In this document: positions 1 through 12,234 of the stretch, one piece after another
How positions within the stretch are numbered: the first letter of the stretch is position 1
Layout of the letters: each line of letters opens with the position of its first letter
Origin: Amoebophrya sp. A120
Taxonomy: Eukaryota > Protista > Dinoflagellata
Length of the DNA: 64,000 nt
NCBI GenBank assembly: GCA_905178155.1
Contig: CAJINV010000003.1
Span: forward strand, 2,831,715 to 2,895,714
Direction of reading: 5' to 3'
Position numbers and translations under genes: made by a program
Notes under the pieces: generated by a model
Seen by the model: only the letters and a program-made list of their open reading frames with translations
What the model was told of the DNA's origin: nothing
Databases searched by the model: none

Positions 1-297
1 ACAACGCACCGTCTTCGCCTGCCTGGTGATTAGTATTAGAGTTTCGAGATGAAGAGAGGAATTAATACGAAAGACTGAAGATGAGTGTAAACAGGCAAGT
101 AAGTAGAGCTTTGCTATGTCCCTGTCTCTGCCGAGATTCACTGTAAGTACTACACCAGAGGGAGAAACGGAAAAGAAAAAGAGGACCTCAGCGAAGCCCA
201 AAGTCATTGCGTGACCGTGACTTGGATTTGGATTTGCAGCAGAAGTGCGGCAAAAAAATCACGCAAAAGCACAACTTGCCACACAGATTATAATACC

Positions 298-611
298 TCG
301 GCCAGTAACTTCCCCGTGAGCTGCTTGAGTTTTGTTTGCGCTTGCTGCCTCGACCGGACGTATTGTTGCACCAGGTCTGCCTCTGCATTCACCGTGCGAG
401 AAAGGACGAACGGCACCAGCTCCTTCTCCAGTTCGCGGATTGTGCATTCCGGCTTCAGCAGGTCCTGCGACAATTCGACAGCCAGAACGACGGCGTGGCC
501 CCGCGGCTGACCGCTCGCACGGGACGATGACGACGACGAGGAGGAAGAAGAAGAACTTGGCGCATTCGCTGTGGTCTTCAATGAGGTGGACGTCATGTTC
601 ATCTTCTGCAT
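298..611 (-). CDS. Exon of a hypothetical protein; gene continues toward and probably beyond the window start
   Basis: ORF 288..665 has a poly-Ser run and a helical-looking segment and ends at a plausible GAG|GTATT donor near 297. No recognisable domain. Confidence 0.4.
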
Positions 612-1461
612 CTTCACTCCACTTGCATACTTAATTGCAGGAGGACACACTCTTAGCGAGCACAAGAAACCAAAATTGTCCTTATTCTAGCGTTTTCGAC
701 TACATATCTTCTGCTTCGACATTCGACACACATTACAGCAAAATCATAGACACTACTTCGTACTCAAGTAGTAGCAATTCGGAGTCGATTCTTGATCCAC
801 TGACTAAGTCTCTACAAGAGCCCCCTTGCCCTTTTTCCTTTTCTCGTCTCGACGAGCACGAGGGCAGGTATGAAAAAACCAGAATTCCCCATGTCTTTTG
901 ATTGGAAGTTCTCGCGGGTTATGGCTTACCATCCTTCCACTTCATCCTCATCCACCTATCTTCAGCATGCCAAAGTCAGAGATTGCACTTGCAAACCTGA
1001 AGTAAGACCACTTAAGTTGATTTAAAAAAGCTGCTTATAATAGTTGATTTAAAAATCTAACGATTTGCAGTGGTGCCTGACCTTGGTCTGCTATCATAGC
1101 GGCTGATCAGCAGAAAAACAGAAGCAGCAACATCTTCGATTTTGTATGCTACGTCGTACTTTTGCAAAAATGAAACTTCAACTGCAGCTGAGCTCCTCAG
1201 CTGCGGGAAGAACTACAGCAACGATGCTTCTGGACGAATTGCAGCGACAGCGAACATCAAACAGAGGAGTTGTAGTCTGATTCCGCCTGGGGTGCAACTG
1301 CAGCAGCACAGGAACGAGCAGCGGCGGAAAAAATCATCAAGAAGCACTGGATGAAGATCTTTGTGATACTGATACTGAATGTTTCATCATCTGTTTCTCC
1401 ATTGCTCGGCAATATTCTCTCCGACGCAGCACTTCGTTCGTACCACGTAGGTACGCCGCCT

Positions 1462-4400
1462 CTACTGATTGTCTGAGAGGCCTAGCATCCTGCGCGTTTG
1501 GTAGAGCGTGTCCCAGTCATTGTCCGAGCAGATCCACCCCTCTCTCGATTCTCGCACTAAGAGATCGGTCAACAAGATGGGTAACTTCTCTCCGGGCACC
1601 GGAATTCGCCCAATGGACAGCAGCCGCAGCGTAATCCACAACACCTTCACCGCCCAAATTCTCCGTGTCATGTTAACCGCACGCGTGTCGCTGAGAGCAG
1701 AGTCCTTCATAAAGCTTGTCTGTACCACAGCACCTCCTGCTCCTGTTGCAGAGGGGGACCCAGGAGGCACTACTTGCGTGCTGGTACTATCGTGGTCCCG
1801 CGAGTTCAAAAGTCCTGGCACAGCTGCGCCTGCCGGCTGCAAAACACTGCTGATGATTTGTGCGGCCGCGGTGCCGGTGGTGTACTGCAGACATTCGACC
1901 ACAAGCCTGCCCAATCCGCAGTCCAGTGCCAGCACCGCCAAGGGCGGTTCGCGCACTGTGTTCCACAGCGCGTATAGCTGGAGTTGGAACAGGGATTCCA
2001 ACTTCGGCACGCGCTGCAGAATGGCCGTCACGAAGCTCTCGGTAACCAGCAACGGCCGCAACTTGTCCGCAAAATCGCTCTGCTGGGAGAACGCCACGTG
2101 GAGCTGCGAGAGAAGCTGCATACCGCTCGCCGCAACGAGCGTACTCAGCCGGTCCGGCGTTTTCGCGTTCGTGAAGGCCGCCGTAATTGCCTTCTGCAGG
2201 TATTCTTGGAGGCGGACTGGAAGTGGCACGAGCGTGCTACCTTGTACATCTTGGCCCCGGCGGGCGGCGTCTGCAGATGATCCCTCAGCATCTTCTCCAT
2301 CGTCCGCCCCGACGACTATTTCTTTGTCTAGTTCTAGCAAACTGAACAGTGCCAGATTGGGTAGGCGAGCAACCAGTAGGTAGAGTGTGTTTATCCCGAG
2401 CAGAGACGGGACCTGCTCCAACAAGGTACGGATAAACCGCGACACTTCGATCGTGCTTCCCACATCCCGCACCGCCGAATCCATGTACAGGAACTGCACC
2501 ATACTCCAGGTGGCCTGCTCCGTGTGGTCGAGCGCCGCGCCCTGATTCGCAGAGGAGTCGGTTCCATTAGTAGCGTAGGACAAGAAGGAGTCTAGGACGG
2601 ATTTCATGCTGTCTGCATTTTGCAAAGCCGAGAAGAACCCGCCCCCTCCGGCGTCGGCCTTGGAGCGTGCGGCGAAAAATTCGGCCTCCCGTAGGATTTG
2701 CTGGATAATCTGTTCCGCGTGCAGGTGCTGGTACACGGATTTCGGCAGCGGCATCGGTAAACTGCTGTCCGCGCCGGCGTAGATCTGCACAAGCTGCGCC
2801 TCCGCAATCCGCAGGTCTTCCGCTTGCAAAAACATATTCAGCGTTGGTGGTAGCGCTGACCCGTCAGAGGAGGTGCCAAACCGACGCGCGTCCTTGGTAC
2901 CGCCCTCGGTCAAGAAGTCGGGTTCCACTGCCAAGAAGGCTGGCTGCGACTGTTCCGCGTGCGTGCCTACTAGCAACGCATTGTCCTTGGTTCGCCAGGT
3001 GCCGTCGGCCGATAGCAGTATGTCGATCGTCATCTTCATCGTGCTAGTATTTTTCGTTGTGCTAGAAGAGGTCCTTGCGCCATCTGTTTTTAGAGGAATT
3101 GTAGCAGTAGCAGCTTCATTTTGATCCACCACAGTATTCGACGTAATTTCATCCGGCGCAGCAACAGCTCCATCACCATAATCGTCCTCCGTCTTAGCGG
3201 TCGTTTGCACCACATAGAACAGCGGGTGCTTGCCTAGGTACGCGAAGTGCTTGAGGGCGTAGTGAGACGCCAGCTCCTGCTTTTGCACCAGCAGCCAAGA
3301 CGACAGGAACACTCCGTCGAAAGCCCGCTCTGCACTGGCGCACGCCGATTGGAAGCAGAGGCGGATCCGCGAATTGGCCGAGCTACTGGAGGGCTTCCGC
3401 GTCCCCCCGGGGGGAAAAACCTGACACCACTTCTCGTGGATCGAAGCAAGGTCGTCTCGCTGGTCCTCGTGGAACAAGCTCCCGGGGCACAGTAACAGCA
3501 TCTCCGCGAAGAACTCACCATCGGTCATCAGCCCGACGTCCTTCTTCGGGCGGTGCGTCGGCCTTTCGAACTTTCGCGCAGGGTCATCGGGGCCGCGCAC
3601 AGAAAAATTGTCCACGGCTCCACCTTTTTCGTTCCGGGTGCGCAGGCCCCCGGCTCGCGCGACTCGGGTGTTTGTGCGGTCGAAGATGAACGTGGTCGCC
3701 TCCTGTTCGGCAGCCAGCTCCACCGGGGGCTGCGTTGCCAGAATCTCGTGGGCCAGCTGATTTCGCTCCATGAACTCTAGCAGGTACAGCTTCTCAGCGT
3801 TCTGCTGCGTCTCCAGATCTACTTGTTGAGCAGCCGCACGGAAAGGTCCGTTGCTTTTGGCATTTTTACCACCTGCAATTATGTTGGTGTTTCGTCCGCC
3901 GATAGCACTAATGCCAGGCATGCTATCATATCTTCCACCACCCAAGTTAAACGTAGGGCTGCCTAGTCCAACGCCTGCAGTTCCCACCAACGGAACAGGA
4001 GACGCACCCATTGTCGCCGGCGGCCTTCCCTGGCTGTGCGATTCGAGCCGTTGAGGGGCAGGCGGTGAGTGGCTGGCGTAAGCATATAGGGTACCCGCAT
4101 CCTGCCGTGGGGGCGAGGTTCCCTGGCCCTGCACAGTTGCAGATGAACTACCAGTGCTCGGAGATACTATGTTCGAGTTTGTGGTAATCGTTCCTGCTGG
4201 ACCTCCACCTCGTCCTGCATCAGAGATATTCATCCTACCAAACATCCTCTCTCGTTGATCGCGGAGCTTCCGAAATCGGTCTGTCGCCGCAATTTTGCCC
4301 GGTCTCACAGTTGCAACTTCTTGTTGCACGCCTTCATAATTCTGCGGCCGCCGAGAGGTGGGCGCCTCGTCGACGATTCCGGCGAACGATGGCTCGCCGG

Positions 4401-6142
4401 TCCTTATTGGAGGCACGCCAATGTGTGGCGCAGGCTTCTCCAGGCCGCTTTTTCGCGCTTCGGCATCACGCCGCTGCGCGGCGGATTTCATCTGGTCAGC
4501 GACTTGTTGATGGAATTTGAAAACGTTGCGGCGCGTTCTCTCCAGCAGAAACTGGTCGGCCCCTTCGCGTTCCAGCATCAGCAAATCGACGAGCGGGGGG
4601 CGCAGCTTACGCCGACGGATCCCTGGCTGCTGTTTCACGTCCGCCGTCGCCCCAGCACCTCCCGTCGGCCTCGTGGCTGCAGCGGCGGCTTGCTTCAGAA
4701 TCTCTGCGTCGTCCAGGTCCAGCACGGCTTCCTCCCCATTGAGCAGACGCACGCGTGGCTCTGTCCCGTCCTGCTGCTTCGCGCGCACGGTGTTTTCCCA
4801 TTCCGCAATCAGTGCGATCAGCTTCGCGATTTGGTGCAGTTTCCGCACCCAGATGCCACTGTAGCAGGCATCCAGAAGGACCAGAACCTCCCGCTCGCGC
4901 TTGGCTGCCTGCAGCTGCAGGGTATCCGCCAGTATGCCTCGCTCAGGTGGTAGAATCTCAAGTCTGTTTGAAATATTTAACTACGCCATTGTAATTGGAT
5001 TACTTAGACCAAGACTCCATCTCCAGGTCCAGATTTGTATATTTGCATGACAGGCAGTGTCAGTGAAACCGCTCGACCTGAAGGAGTCTGCATCTTGGTT
5101 TGGATGCACATGATCTTCCACCAGGCGCCACAAAGTTCCAGCTGCTTCGTGCCCGTTGGAAAAACAGTTGAGATTGTTACACCTGCGCGGGCTATAGTTG
5201 GGTCCACGGCGTTGGGCAGCAACTGCTCCAGCAAGGCGAGTAGAAATCTTTGAAAACTCAAGTCTCCGTCAGCCAGAAGGGTATCGTAGCGAAATCTTGG
5301 GTAAAAGTCAAGTTAGTCATATAATGCGTCATGCCTTGTACCAAACGCGTGCCCAACGATTGTCTCTACGAAATAACTTCATTGAGAACGCTCGTGACCT
5401 CACATACAACCTGCGCGTGGTCGTTCTCGTTCGTGTTGCAGTACAATCGAAATCATGTCTGCTGAAAAATTCGTATCCAGTGCATAGATGATGCACGACA
5501 CGACTGGACCACCCTTGGCGATGACCACGTTCCTGCGAAGACGTCCTCAAGAACATGCAGGAAGTGCAAAACTTTGACCTGACACGCTCGTCCCCGTGGG
5601 CGTTCGCTGGCATAGATCCAGTCCCCAGAATCCTCGCGGCCGTGACCACCGAACATCAAAAGCCGTGTCCGCCAGGGTGGGGGTCGGTCTTCTGGCTGTG
5701 ACTGCGTTTGCGACGTCCTCCTCCCTGTAGAAGTTGTACCAGCTGCTGTTGCATTTTTGGAACTACTCTGCAGATTGTATGTCTTCTGCAGAAATGCCGT
5801 CATGCGGGCCAGCACCTGCTCGGAAGTGAGCGACCCGTCGAGGAGCGATCTCCGTGCGTCCACGCAACAGCCGAACGGAAGCGACGAGGGAATGTACGAA
5901 GTCGAGGTGGCTGCGCGATTTGGGTCCTCGTGTTGCGCCTTGCTCCAGCTCGCATACCGGGCGACACAATCGAAATCTCCATACAGGCGATCCAGAAACA
6001 CACCGGATTCAACGTGGAACGGACAGCCCAGTAACAACGCCGTGCCAACTCCTGCCCTCTCCGCGACAGTGGTACTAGGTCCCTGAGGAAGCTTGTTGCT
6101 GGGTCCGCCCTCGCCCGAGGAGAATGCCCCGGCGCTCAACAT
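1462..6142 (-). CDS. Large protein (~1357 aa if it starts at 6142) with an N-terminal caspase/metacaspase-like (clan CD, C14-type) domain; exons 6142-5615, 5276-5197, 4927-1462
   Basis: Removing two TAT...ATA elements plus 5 nt each joins three ORFs in frame: LLMFGGHGREDSGDWI-LADGDLSF...VDPT-DTLQLQAAKREREVLVLLDACYSG. His codon at 5642-5644, Cys codon at 4864-4866, 57 residues apart. The true 5' end is uncertain. Confidence 0.65.
4933..5196. mobile_element. TAT...ATA introner-like element, 264 bp (family A-related)
   Basis: Left end TATGCCTCGCTCAGGTGGTAGAATCTCAA; right end reverse complement TATAGCCCGCGCAGGTGTAACAATCTCAA. Flanks decayed (gccag/gttgg). Internal gcatgaca at 5045. Removal plus 5 nt is in frame. 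Confidence 0.75.
5282..5614. mobile_element. Degenerate TAT...ATA introner-like element, 333 bp
   Basis: Short TIR (TATCGTAGCGAA vs TATGCCAGCGAA); target duplication not recognisable (aaggg/gatcc). Removal plus 5 nt gives in-frame GDWI-LADGD. Confidence 0.55.
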
Positions 6143-7152
6143 TTAGAACAAGTCATATGATACAGCCTTCACTATCACTAGCGAATGTGCACACAGCGAC
6201 GGTGCGAACGTCGATGGCCCAGAAACACCCACCCGGTATTTGCACGACATGTGTGCGCACTCCTCCTTGCAGATGGTAGAAGCTAGCGTAAGTGATTCTG
6301 AGAATGCGGTTGAGAACTCTATGTAGCGTCCCACACAAATTAATTAAAGAAGCAAATTGGCTCCAGTGCTCTCTTCGCCGATTTTTTTTCAACGCTCACC
6401 CTCACAGTGTCGTGTATCTCCGACTGACCTCTTGGTCCTTCGGAAACGCAAACGAACACGTAATAAATTACGTGCCCCCGGCCACTCCCACTCGCCAAAA
6501 TGGAAATCGACGATATGCCAAACGACGGCGCAAGCGCATCAGTGGCGCAATTATTTCTTTTGGATTTGGTAGTATCTATTCTATACATGATTCTTGCGTA
6601 TCTCTGGGAATCTTTCATACTGTACAATTCATTCTCAGGCAAGTTTCGGTACATGTGGATGAAAAGCATTAACTGATAAAAACGAGAAGCTGCGGGATCA
6701 TGGCAGCAACAGCTCTCGAGAGACGTACAATGCACTGCTAATTTCTGCGGGTGGTGTCATGATGCTGACCCCTCCGCTCGCGAAACCGTGAAACTTTTTA
6801 TCGAAAGAAACAAGAAGAACGTAGTAGTAGAGACCTCAAAAAAAGAGTAAAAAGCACGCGTGCTCTACTACATACCCTAATCATCTTTTGCGAATTTGTA
6901 CTTAGAAAGAAACTTTGAGGTGTAAATCTGGAGCACCAGATCACGACAACGGATATTGGACGTTTCCGTGTCGTTCTTCGTCATAAACATCTATTCACTT
7001 TGTATCACAGAATTCTTACGTCCTCCGACAAGGCCTTGGCCTTCGTCGCTAATTTACTGAGTCCGTCTACTTTGAGGCTGCGCTCTCAATTATGTCCTAA
7101 AGAGACGAGCACGAGCAGCATACCAAAGGACGACGTCTGACTCCGAGCTTAC

Positions 7153-10100
7153 TTAATTGTCGGACTTGTACTCGTTCCACTTCATGACCTTCTGCGTGAG
7201 CCGGTTCATTTCGGTTACGTACGCTTTCTCCTCGCGGAACAGCTGCTCTTGGTCGGAGCCGAGTTTTTTCACCCCGGTTGACGTGTCGTACGTCCGGATG
7301 TAGTGCGCCCAGGAGGTTTCGTGGAATTTCTCGCGCGCGGTCCGCAATCGCTCGTTTGCGACGCTCTTCGAAACCCCGGCCGGCGGATCGATGGAGACGG
7401 TGAGTTTTGGGGGTGGCCGCCTCTTCTCCAGGATCTGGTCCTTGGCGTCGTACTTCGGCTTTCGGAAAAAGTCACTGAACGCCGTTAGTGCCTGATAGAA
7501 AGAATAAGTCAAGAAGTTTTGTTGCAGCTGTCTTTGTGCAAAGAATGACGAGACCCGTCTTGTTTCGTGCTTCTCTGTTTGTCGTGCGTTGATCCCCACT
7601 GGTCCTCGCCTCTCTACGGTATGAGCGAGTCAGGGGAGTTCAAAAGTGGCTTCATCTCGCGCACGTGCTATGGATATGGTGTGAGTACTAAATAAAAATA
7701 TACCTCTGACTTCTCTGTTCGCGCGGAGTGAAGAGGTGACTTTGCTCCTGGTGGCAGCTTATGCATTGCAAAAGTATCGCACTCGTAGTAAAATCTCTGT
7801 CTTTCTTAACGCAGGTCTGCATTTACAAATTTCTCATGCTGAGGAAATCATTTCTCATGCGATTTAATATACTAGTACAGTACTTTTGCCCAGGATACAG
7901 CTGTTCGTCGTCCTCCTGGTGCTCCACGGAGGTTTTGTCCTCCAATTTAAAACGATTACTCACCTTGAACCTCAGGTGAAAAGCGTCGGTGGAGCTTTTG
8001 CCCACGATCCCACGCGCCCCAAACTCGATGGGGCTCTCGTTTTGACTCGCGTTTTCCAGGGCGGTGTAGCTAACCATAGGGCTTATGGGGCTCTCAAACG
8101 TTACATTCTCAACTGTTACATGATTTGTCATGCAAAAGCACCTTCAGCCGGCAGATGATGGAGCTGCTTCGCATGACAAATTTCGGAAGGGCAAAACAGC
8201 ATCTAAATCTGCGCCAAACTTGTAATGCAAAAGGCGCAATCTTCCTCCTTTCACTTTTGCCAGTCTTGCATTACAAATTCATGTAACAGTTGAGAATGTA
8301 ACATTTGAGAACTCCATAGGGCTCAGCCAGGACGTGTTAAACTGCGCGTTCTCGACCCGGCTGTTATACATTGCAAAAGTGTCTGGGTCTGGAAGATTGC
8401 TCAGGTTTCTGATGCAGTGTCTGCTTGACACAGTAGAAGGCGTGCCATGCAAGGCCTAGCATCACAGGTTTTGAGACGGTTTCCCAATGCTTAATCCGCA
8501 TAACAAACGCCTTCTTTCGGCGACAGGAGAAGGAGCCCCCTTTGCTGCCTAAGCATGACAGATTTTTGTGTGATCCAAGTACGCATCACAAGCTTACACT
8601 CTTCCTCTTCCAGACCCAGACACATTTGCGATTGATAGCTGTACCGTGGTGGTAACGTCAGATGCCGGAAAACGCACGTGCGCACCTGTAGAAGTTATCG
8701 GCTTAGATGCAAGCTTCTTGAGCTCAAGCTAAATGCAGCAAACGCATTGATGCGTCTCTAAGCCACATTTCCTCGCTGATGTTGTAGCGAGCGAACGAGT
8801 TTGGGCCAGGACATGATCTTCCACATTGTTCTATCTTGACACCAACCGCGCCAAGATGAAACCTATATCAATAGCAAGTGCGAAAACTCTAAGCAGCGAA
8901 GCTTCGAGGCAGCGAAGCCTCGAAGCAGCGAAGCCTCAAAGCAGCGAAGCCTCAAAGCAGCGAAGCCTCAAAGCAGCGAAGCCTCAGGCGCCAAAGCTGT
9001 GGGCGCGACCACCCCTTGTTCTATTCGCCGCCCCCGTTTGCTTTCGTTCCTCGCTAAACGCAAGCCCTAAGCCCCGACTTAAACCCTAAGCCAGACGAGC
9101 TGAGGCCGCGCGGCCAATAAGCGCCAAAGCCGGGCGAGGCCGCGCAGAGAAGCGGCAAAGCCGGGCCCGCGCGGCCAGGTGCCAAGCAAAGCCGAAGCCG
9201 CGCGGCCTACAACGAACTAATCCGCGCGGCCCAAGGCAAGGGCGGCCCAGACAACGAAAGGCGACCCGGCCATCCCGGCTCGTGCCGGCCCGAGCTAGCC
9301 GGGCGGGCGCGAGGCCAAGCTAACCCGGGGCCCAGCTAGCCCGGCGTGGCTCATGTGACGGCCAACCAGCCGGCCGGCGCGAGGCCATAGCCAAGCGGGC
9401 CGATTTGTCGCGTTTTCCAGGGCGGTGTAGCTAACCATAGGGCTCAGCCAAGACGTGTTAAACTGCGCGTTCTCAACCCGGCTGTACCGTGGTGGTAACG
9501 TCAGATGCCGGAAAACACACGTGCGCACCTGTAGAAGTCAACATCGCTTTATTTGCAAGTTTCTTTAGCTGAAGTTATTAAAAGGAAGGCAGCACACGCA
9601 TTGATGCGTCTCTAAGCCACATTTCCTCGCTGATGTAGCGAACGAACGAGTTTGGGCCAGGACATTATCTTCCACATCGTTGACACCAACCGCGCCAAGA
9701 TGAAATAGTCGGTAATATTCTAACTTCAACAGTAACAGGTAGTCCTACTGCTTTCTCGTATTTCTGTTTGTCCAGCTGGGCGTTAAACATTTTGGCGGTG
9801 ATATTCCGCTGCATTTCCGTCGACGCGCTTCTTCGAAATCGGCTGAGCGCAGCGGTGCTCTTCTTGGGTTCCGGCTTCTTTTCCGCCGTGCCCGGCGCAG
9901 CACCTTTGGTACCGTCGCCCGCTGCACCAGCGCCGGCGCTGGCCGAACCTCCGCCGCCCTGCTGGACCGCTACGTCCGACTCGCGCTTGGCGTCGCGAGC
10001 GCGCTGCTCGCGGTTCGTATGGCGTTCTCAACTGTTACATTCTACACTGTTACATGATTTGTAATGCAAAATCCCAATCAGAATCGACGCGATCAAGCTG

Positions 10101-12234
10101 CTTCGCATGACAAATTCTTGAAGAGCCAAACAGGCTCGGAATCTTTGCCAGATCTGTCATGCAAGACCCGCAAGGTGACCCCTTTCACTTTTCCCATTCT
10201 TGCATGACAAATCCATGTAACACTTGAGAATGTAACAGTTGAGAACGCCATAGTTCGCCTTCCGCTGTTGCATATGGGAATGTAGTCAGGTTGGAAATTT
10301 GCAAACAAGTGGCTGCAAGAGAAACAATACTTATTTGCATAAACACGCATGGGCATGACACACACAGCGTCTGACCTGTTGCACTACGTGCAGCCTCCAA
10401 GGTAGATCATTGTAGTTCCCCTGCTCCTCGGGCACATACGCACACTCAATGTTGTTGTTGATGGCGATGCTGAAGAGAATGACAAAGGCCCTTGGAGCTT
10501 TTGCTCTTAGCGGCGTGACAGATCGACCTTTCGTGTCTGAAGATTTCGACATGCGCCATGTAGAAATTGTGAATCCAAAAATGGGTCTTGCTTGATCTTC
10601 CGCTCTGCCGATTTCCAACCTGACGCTGCTTTCCCATACTGCGAGTAGAGCATGTAGGACCCCGCAATCGCCTTTTCCACTGCGACTACATGCCCCAGGG
10701 ACTGCCCGAGATCCTCGACCAGATAGTCGACTCGCGTCTTGTCTGCGTTCATGGCGTCTTCTTTTGCCGCGGGGTCCAGAATACCGCTGTATTGCTGTGC
10801 CTTTTCGCGTGCGCGCATCTGGAGCAGGTCGGAAAGCACGGACCCGTCGGGTGGTCGTGAGTCCTGTAACAATTAAGTACCAGTGTGGACTCTTGCAGTA
10901 GATGTTGCGCTTGACATCAACCATCATCAATGCAAATCAAAATTGCTGACGCCGCCCTCCTATTATTTCGTCAAGTAGAAATCAAACTGCGCGAGGTGCA
11001 CGCGGCTTGCAGTACTTATAATTTTGAATTTCTATTTTTTCATAGCATGCAAAAGATCCGTACCTGTGAGCCGAATTCCAGCTCGGTTTGGTCTGATTCC
11101 ATGAGCAATGCAGCTCCCATGGTGACATCGGCATAGGGGTGCTTTACCAGGTCGCGGACAAAGACCCCATCTCGAGAACGGTGTATTGTTGTCGCTTGTG
11201 GCGTGAATCCCGTCAGCTCGAAGTACACAATTGTACCTGGCAATTGCATTGTCTACTTCGTGTTATGATGTTCACCACGACATCAACTACAAGAATCAGC
11301 CGCCCGCGAAGTGACATGTTGACCTCTACAACTTCTGGCCACATCTTCCCCGTTTCTTTTTTCTTATGGATGGCTTTTCTTTTCTTTTTGTTTTTGCGCC
11401 ATGATTGAAACAAGAATACACACTTCAGGTTCAGGGAAGCCGCACAACGTGTGCAGGCGCGTCCTGGTACAACATCGACATAGTCGTGTGTTAACGTCTT
11501 TCTCCATGGGGGACGACTCGCAAGACTTTCAAACACGCAACAGCTACGGAGACCACAAATAAAAAGCTTTTCGCATTGAAATGAGGGAAAATTATGGCTT
11601 CATCTACCGGATATAAAAAAAGTAACTTTCATCTTAGGCGTCCTGTATTAATAGTGTTACCTACTCTACTTATGACGGATTGCGCTGCGTCGATGAAACC
11701 CAAGGGACCGAGTTGGAAGAAGTCAAGGAGCGCCCGATAGACCAGCTGCGTGAGAAAAACCGGGAGAATTTCGAGCATATTGCGCTGGTGCTTCTTGTCT
11801 TCTCGAAAGTACAGGAGGTAGTCCTGCCAATTGGTGACCAAGCAGCTGCGACACCGCTTGCTGAGCTCGGCCGAGTCTTGCGGGCGAAAAAGGACGCACA
11901 CCGAGAGGTAAAATAGGTTCGCAAATACCCGATGGAAGAGGGAGGACTGGACCATGTAACTCTCCAGAGGCAGCTGGTTATGGTTTGCATCAATCGAGTA
12001 CTCATCAAAGAAAGTATCTTCTTCATCTGTTGGGAAGATGATCTTCTTCTGCGCATACTAGTACAGGAAGATCAGAAACAAACCAAAGTCACTCTCACTT
12101 TCATATTTTCACTAGACCAAATAATTTAAATCATTCTGTACCTTACTTCTCCCACCGGAATCTTTCGCGCTCATGGTGCTCGTGTTCGGGGAATTGGATC
12201 CACCGCCCTGCTTCAGGCCAAGCATCATAGCCAT
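7153..12234 (-). CDS. Multi-exon gene, FAM227/FWWh-like hypothetical protein (exon structure only partly resolved; inclusion of the 7153-7494 exon is unproven)
   Basis: In-frame GT-AG intron 12141-12058. Exon FANLFYLSVCVLFRP...LEILPVFLTQLVYRALLDFF and the spliced segment RVENAQFNTSWLSPMV resemble FAM227 motifs as I recall them. Contains four TAT...ATA elements whose removal keeps the frame open. Confidence 0.4.
7760..7897. mobile_element. Introner-like element, 138 bp (family D), TSD CAGCT
   Basis: TATGCATTGCAAAAGTA ... TACTTTTGCCCAGGATA; perfect 5-bp direct repeat at 7755-7759 and 7898-7902. In-frame join EDDEQL-PPGAKS. Confidence 0.85.
8084..8318. mobile_element. Introner-like element, 235 bp (family A), TSD GGGCT
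   Basis: ~40-bp TIR TATGGGGCTCTCAAACGTTACATTCTCAACTGTTACATG; perfect TSD; the empty site is preserved in the duplicate at ~9440. Confidence 0.95.
8365..8637. mobile_element. Introner-like element, 273 bp (family B), TSD GCTGT
   Basis: TIR TATACATTGCAAAAGTGTCTGGGTCTGGAAG / CTTCCAGACCCAGACACATTTGCGATTGATA; perfect TSD; the empty site is preserved at ~9481. Confidence 0.95.
8891..8986 (+). repeat. Tandem repeat, 6 x 16 bp (AAGCAGCGAAGCCTCA)
   Basis: Six consecutive units counted directly; the last four are identical. Confidence 0.95.
9408..9705. repeat. Direct duplicate of 8047-8861 lacking both introner insertions (probable truncated pseudo-exon)
   Basis: Near-identical blocks from TCGCGTTTTCCAGGGCGG to CCAAGATGAAA, with a diverged stretch at ~9540-9590. 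It reads RTCVFRHLTLPPRYSRVENAQFNTSWLSPMVSYTALENA without interruption. Confidence 0.9.
10018..10252. mobile_element. Introner-like element, 235 bp (family A), TSD GTTCG
   Basis: TIR TATGGCGTTCTCAACTGTTACATTCT; perfect TSD; same length and orientation as 8084-8318. Join reads MQQRKAN-REQRARD. Confidence 0.95.

Noticed and set aside
4933-5052. Alternative shorter element ending ...GCATGACA with flanks gccag/ggcag
   Set aside because: Also in frame, but the end at 5196 gives a much better TIR match, a true ATA terminus and a typical His-Cys spacing.
7494-7702. Stop-codon readthrough or an alternative genetic code to link the 7760 exon to ORF 7153..7599
   Set aside because: Unresolved introns are a simpler explanation; long ORFs elsewhere translate normally and end in TAA, TAG or TGA.
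8891-8986. 16-bp repeats as CRISPR or as coding sequence (ORF 8826..9089)
   Set aside because: Head-to-tail with no spacers, and the unit length is not a multiple of 3; a simple minisatellite.
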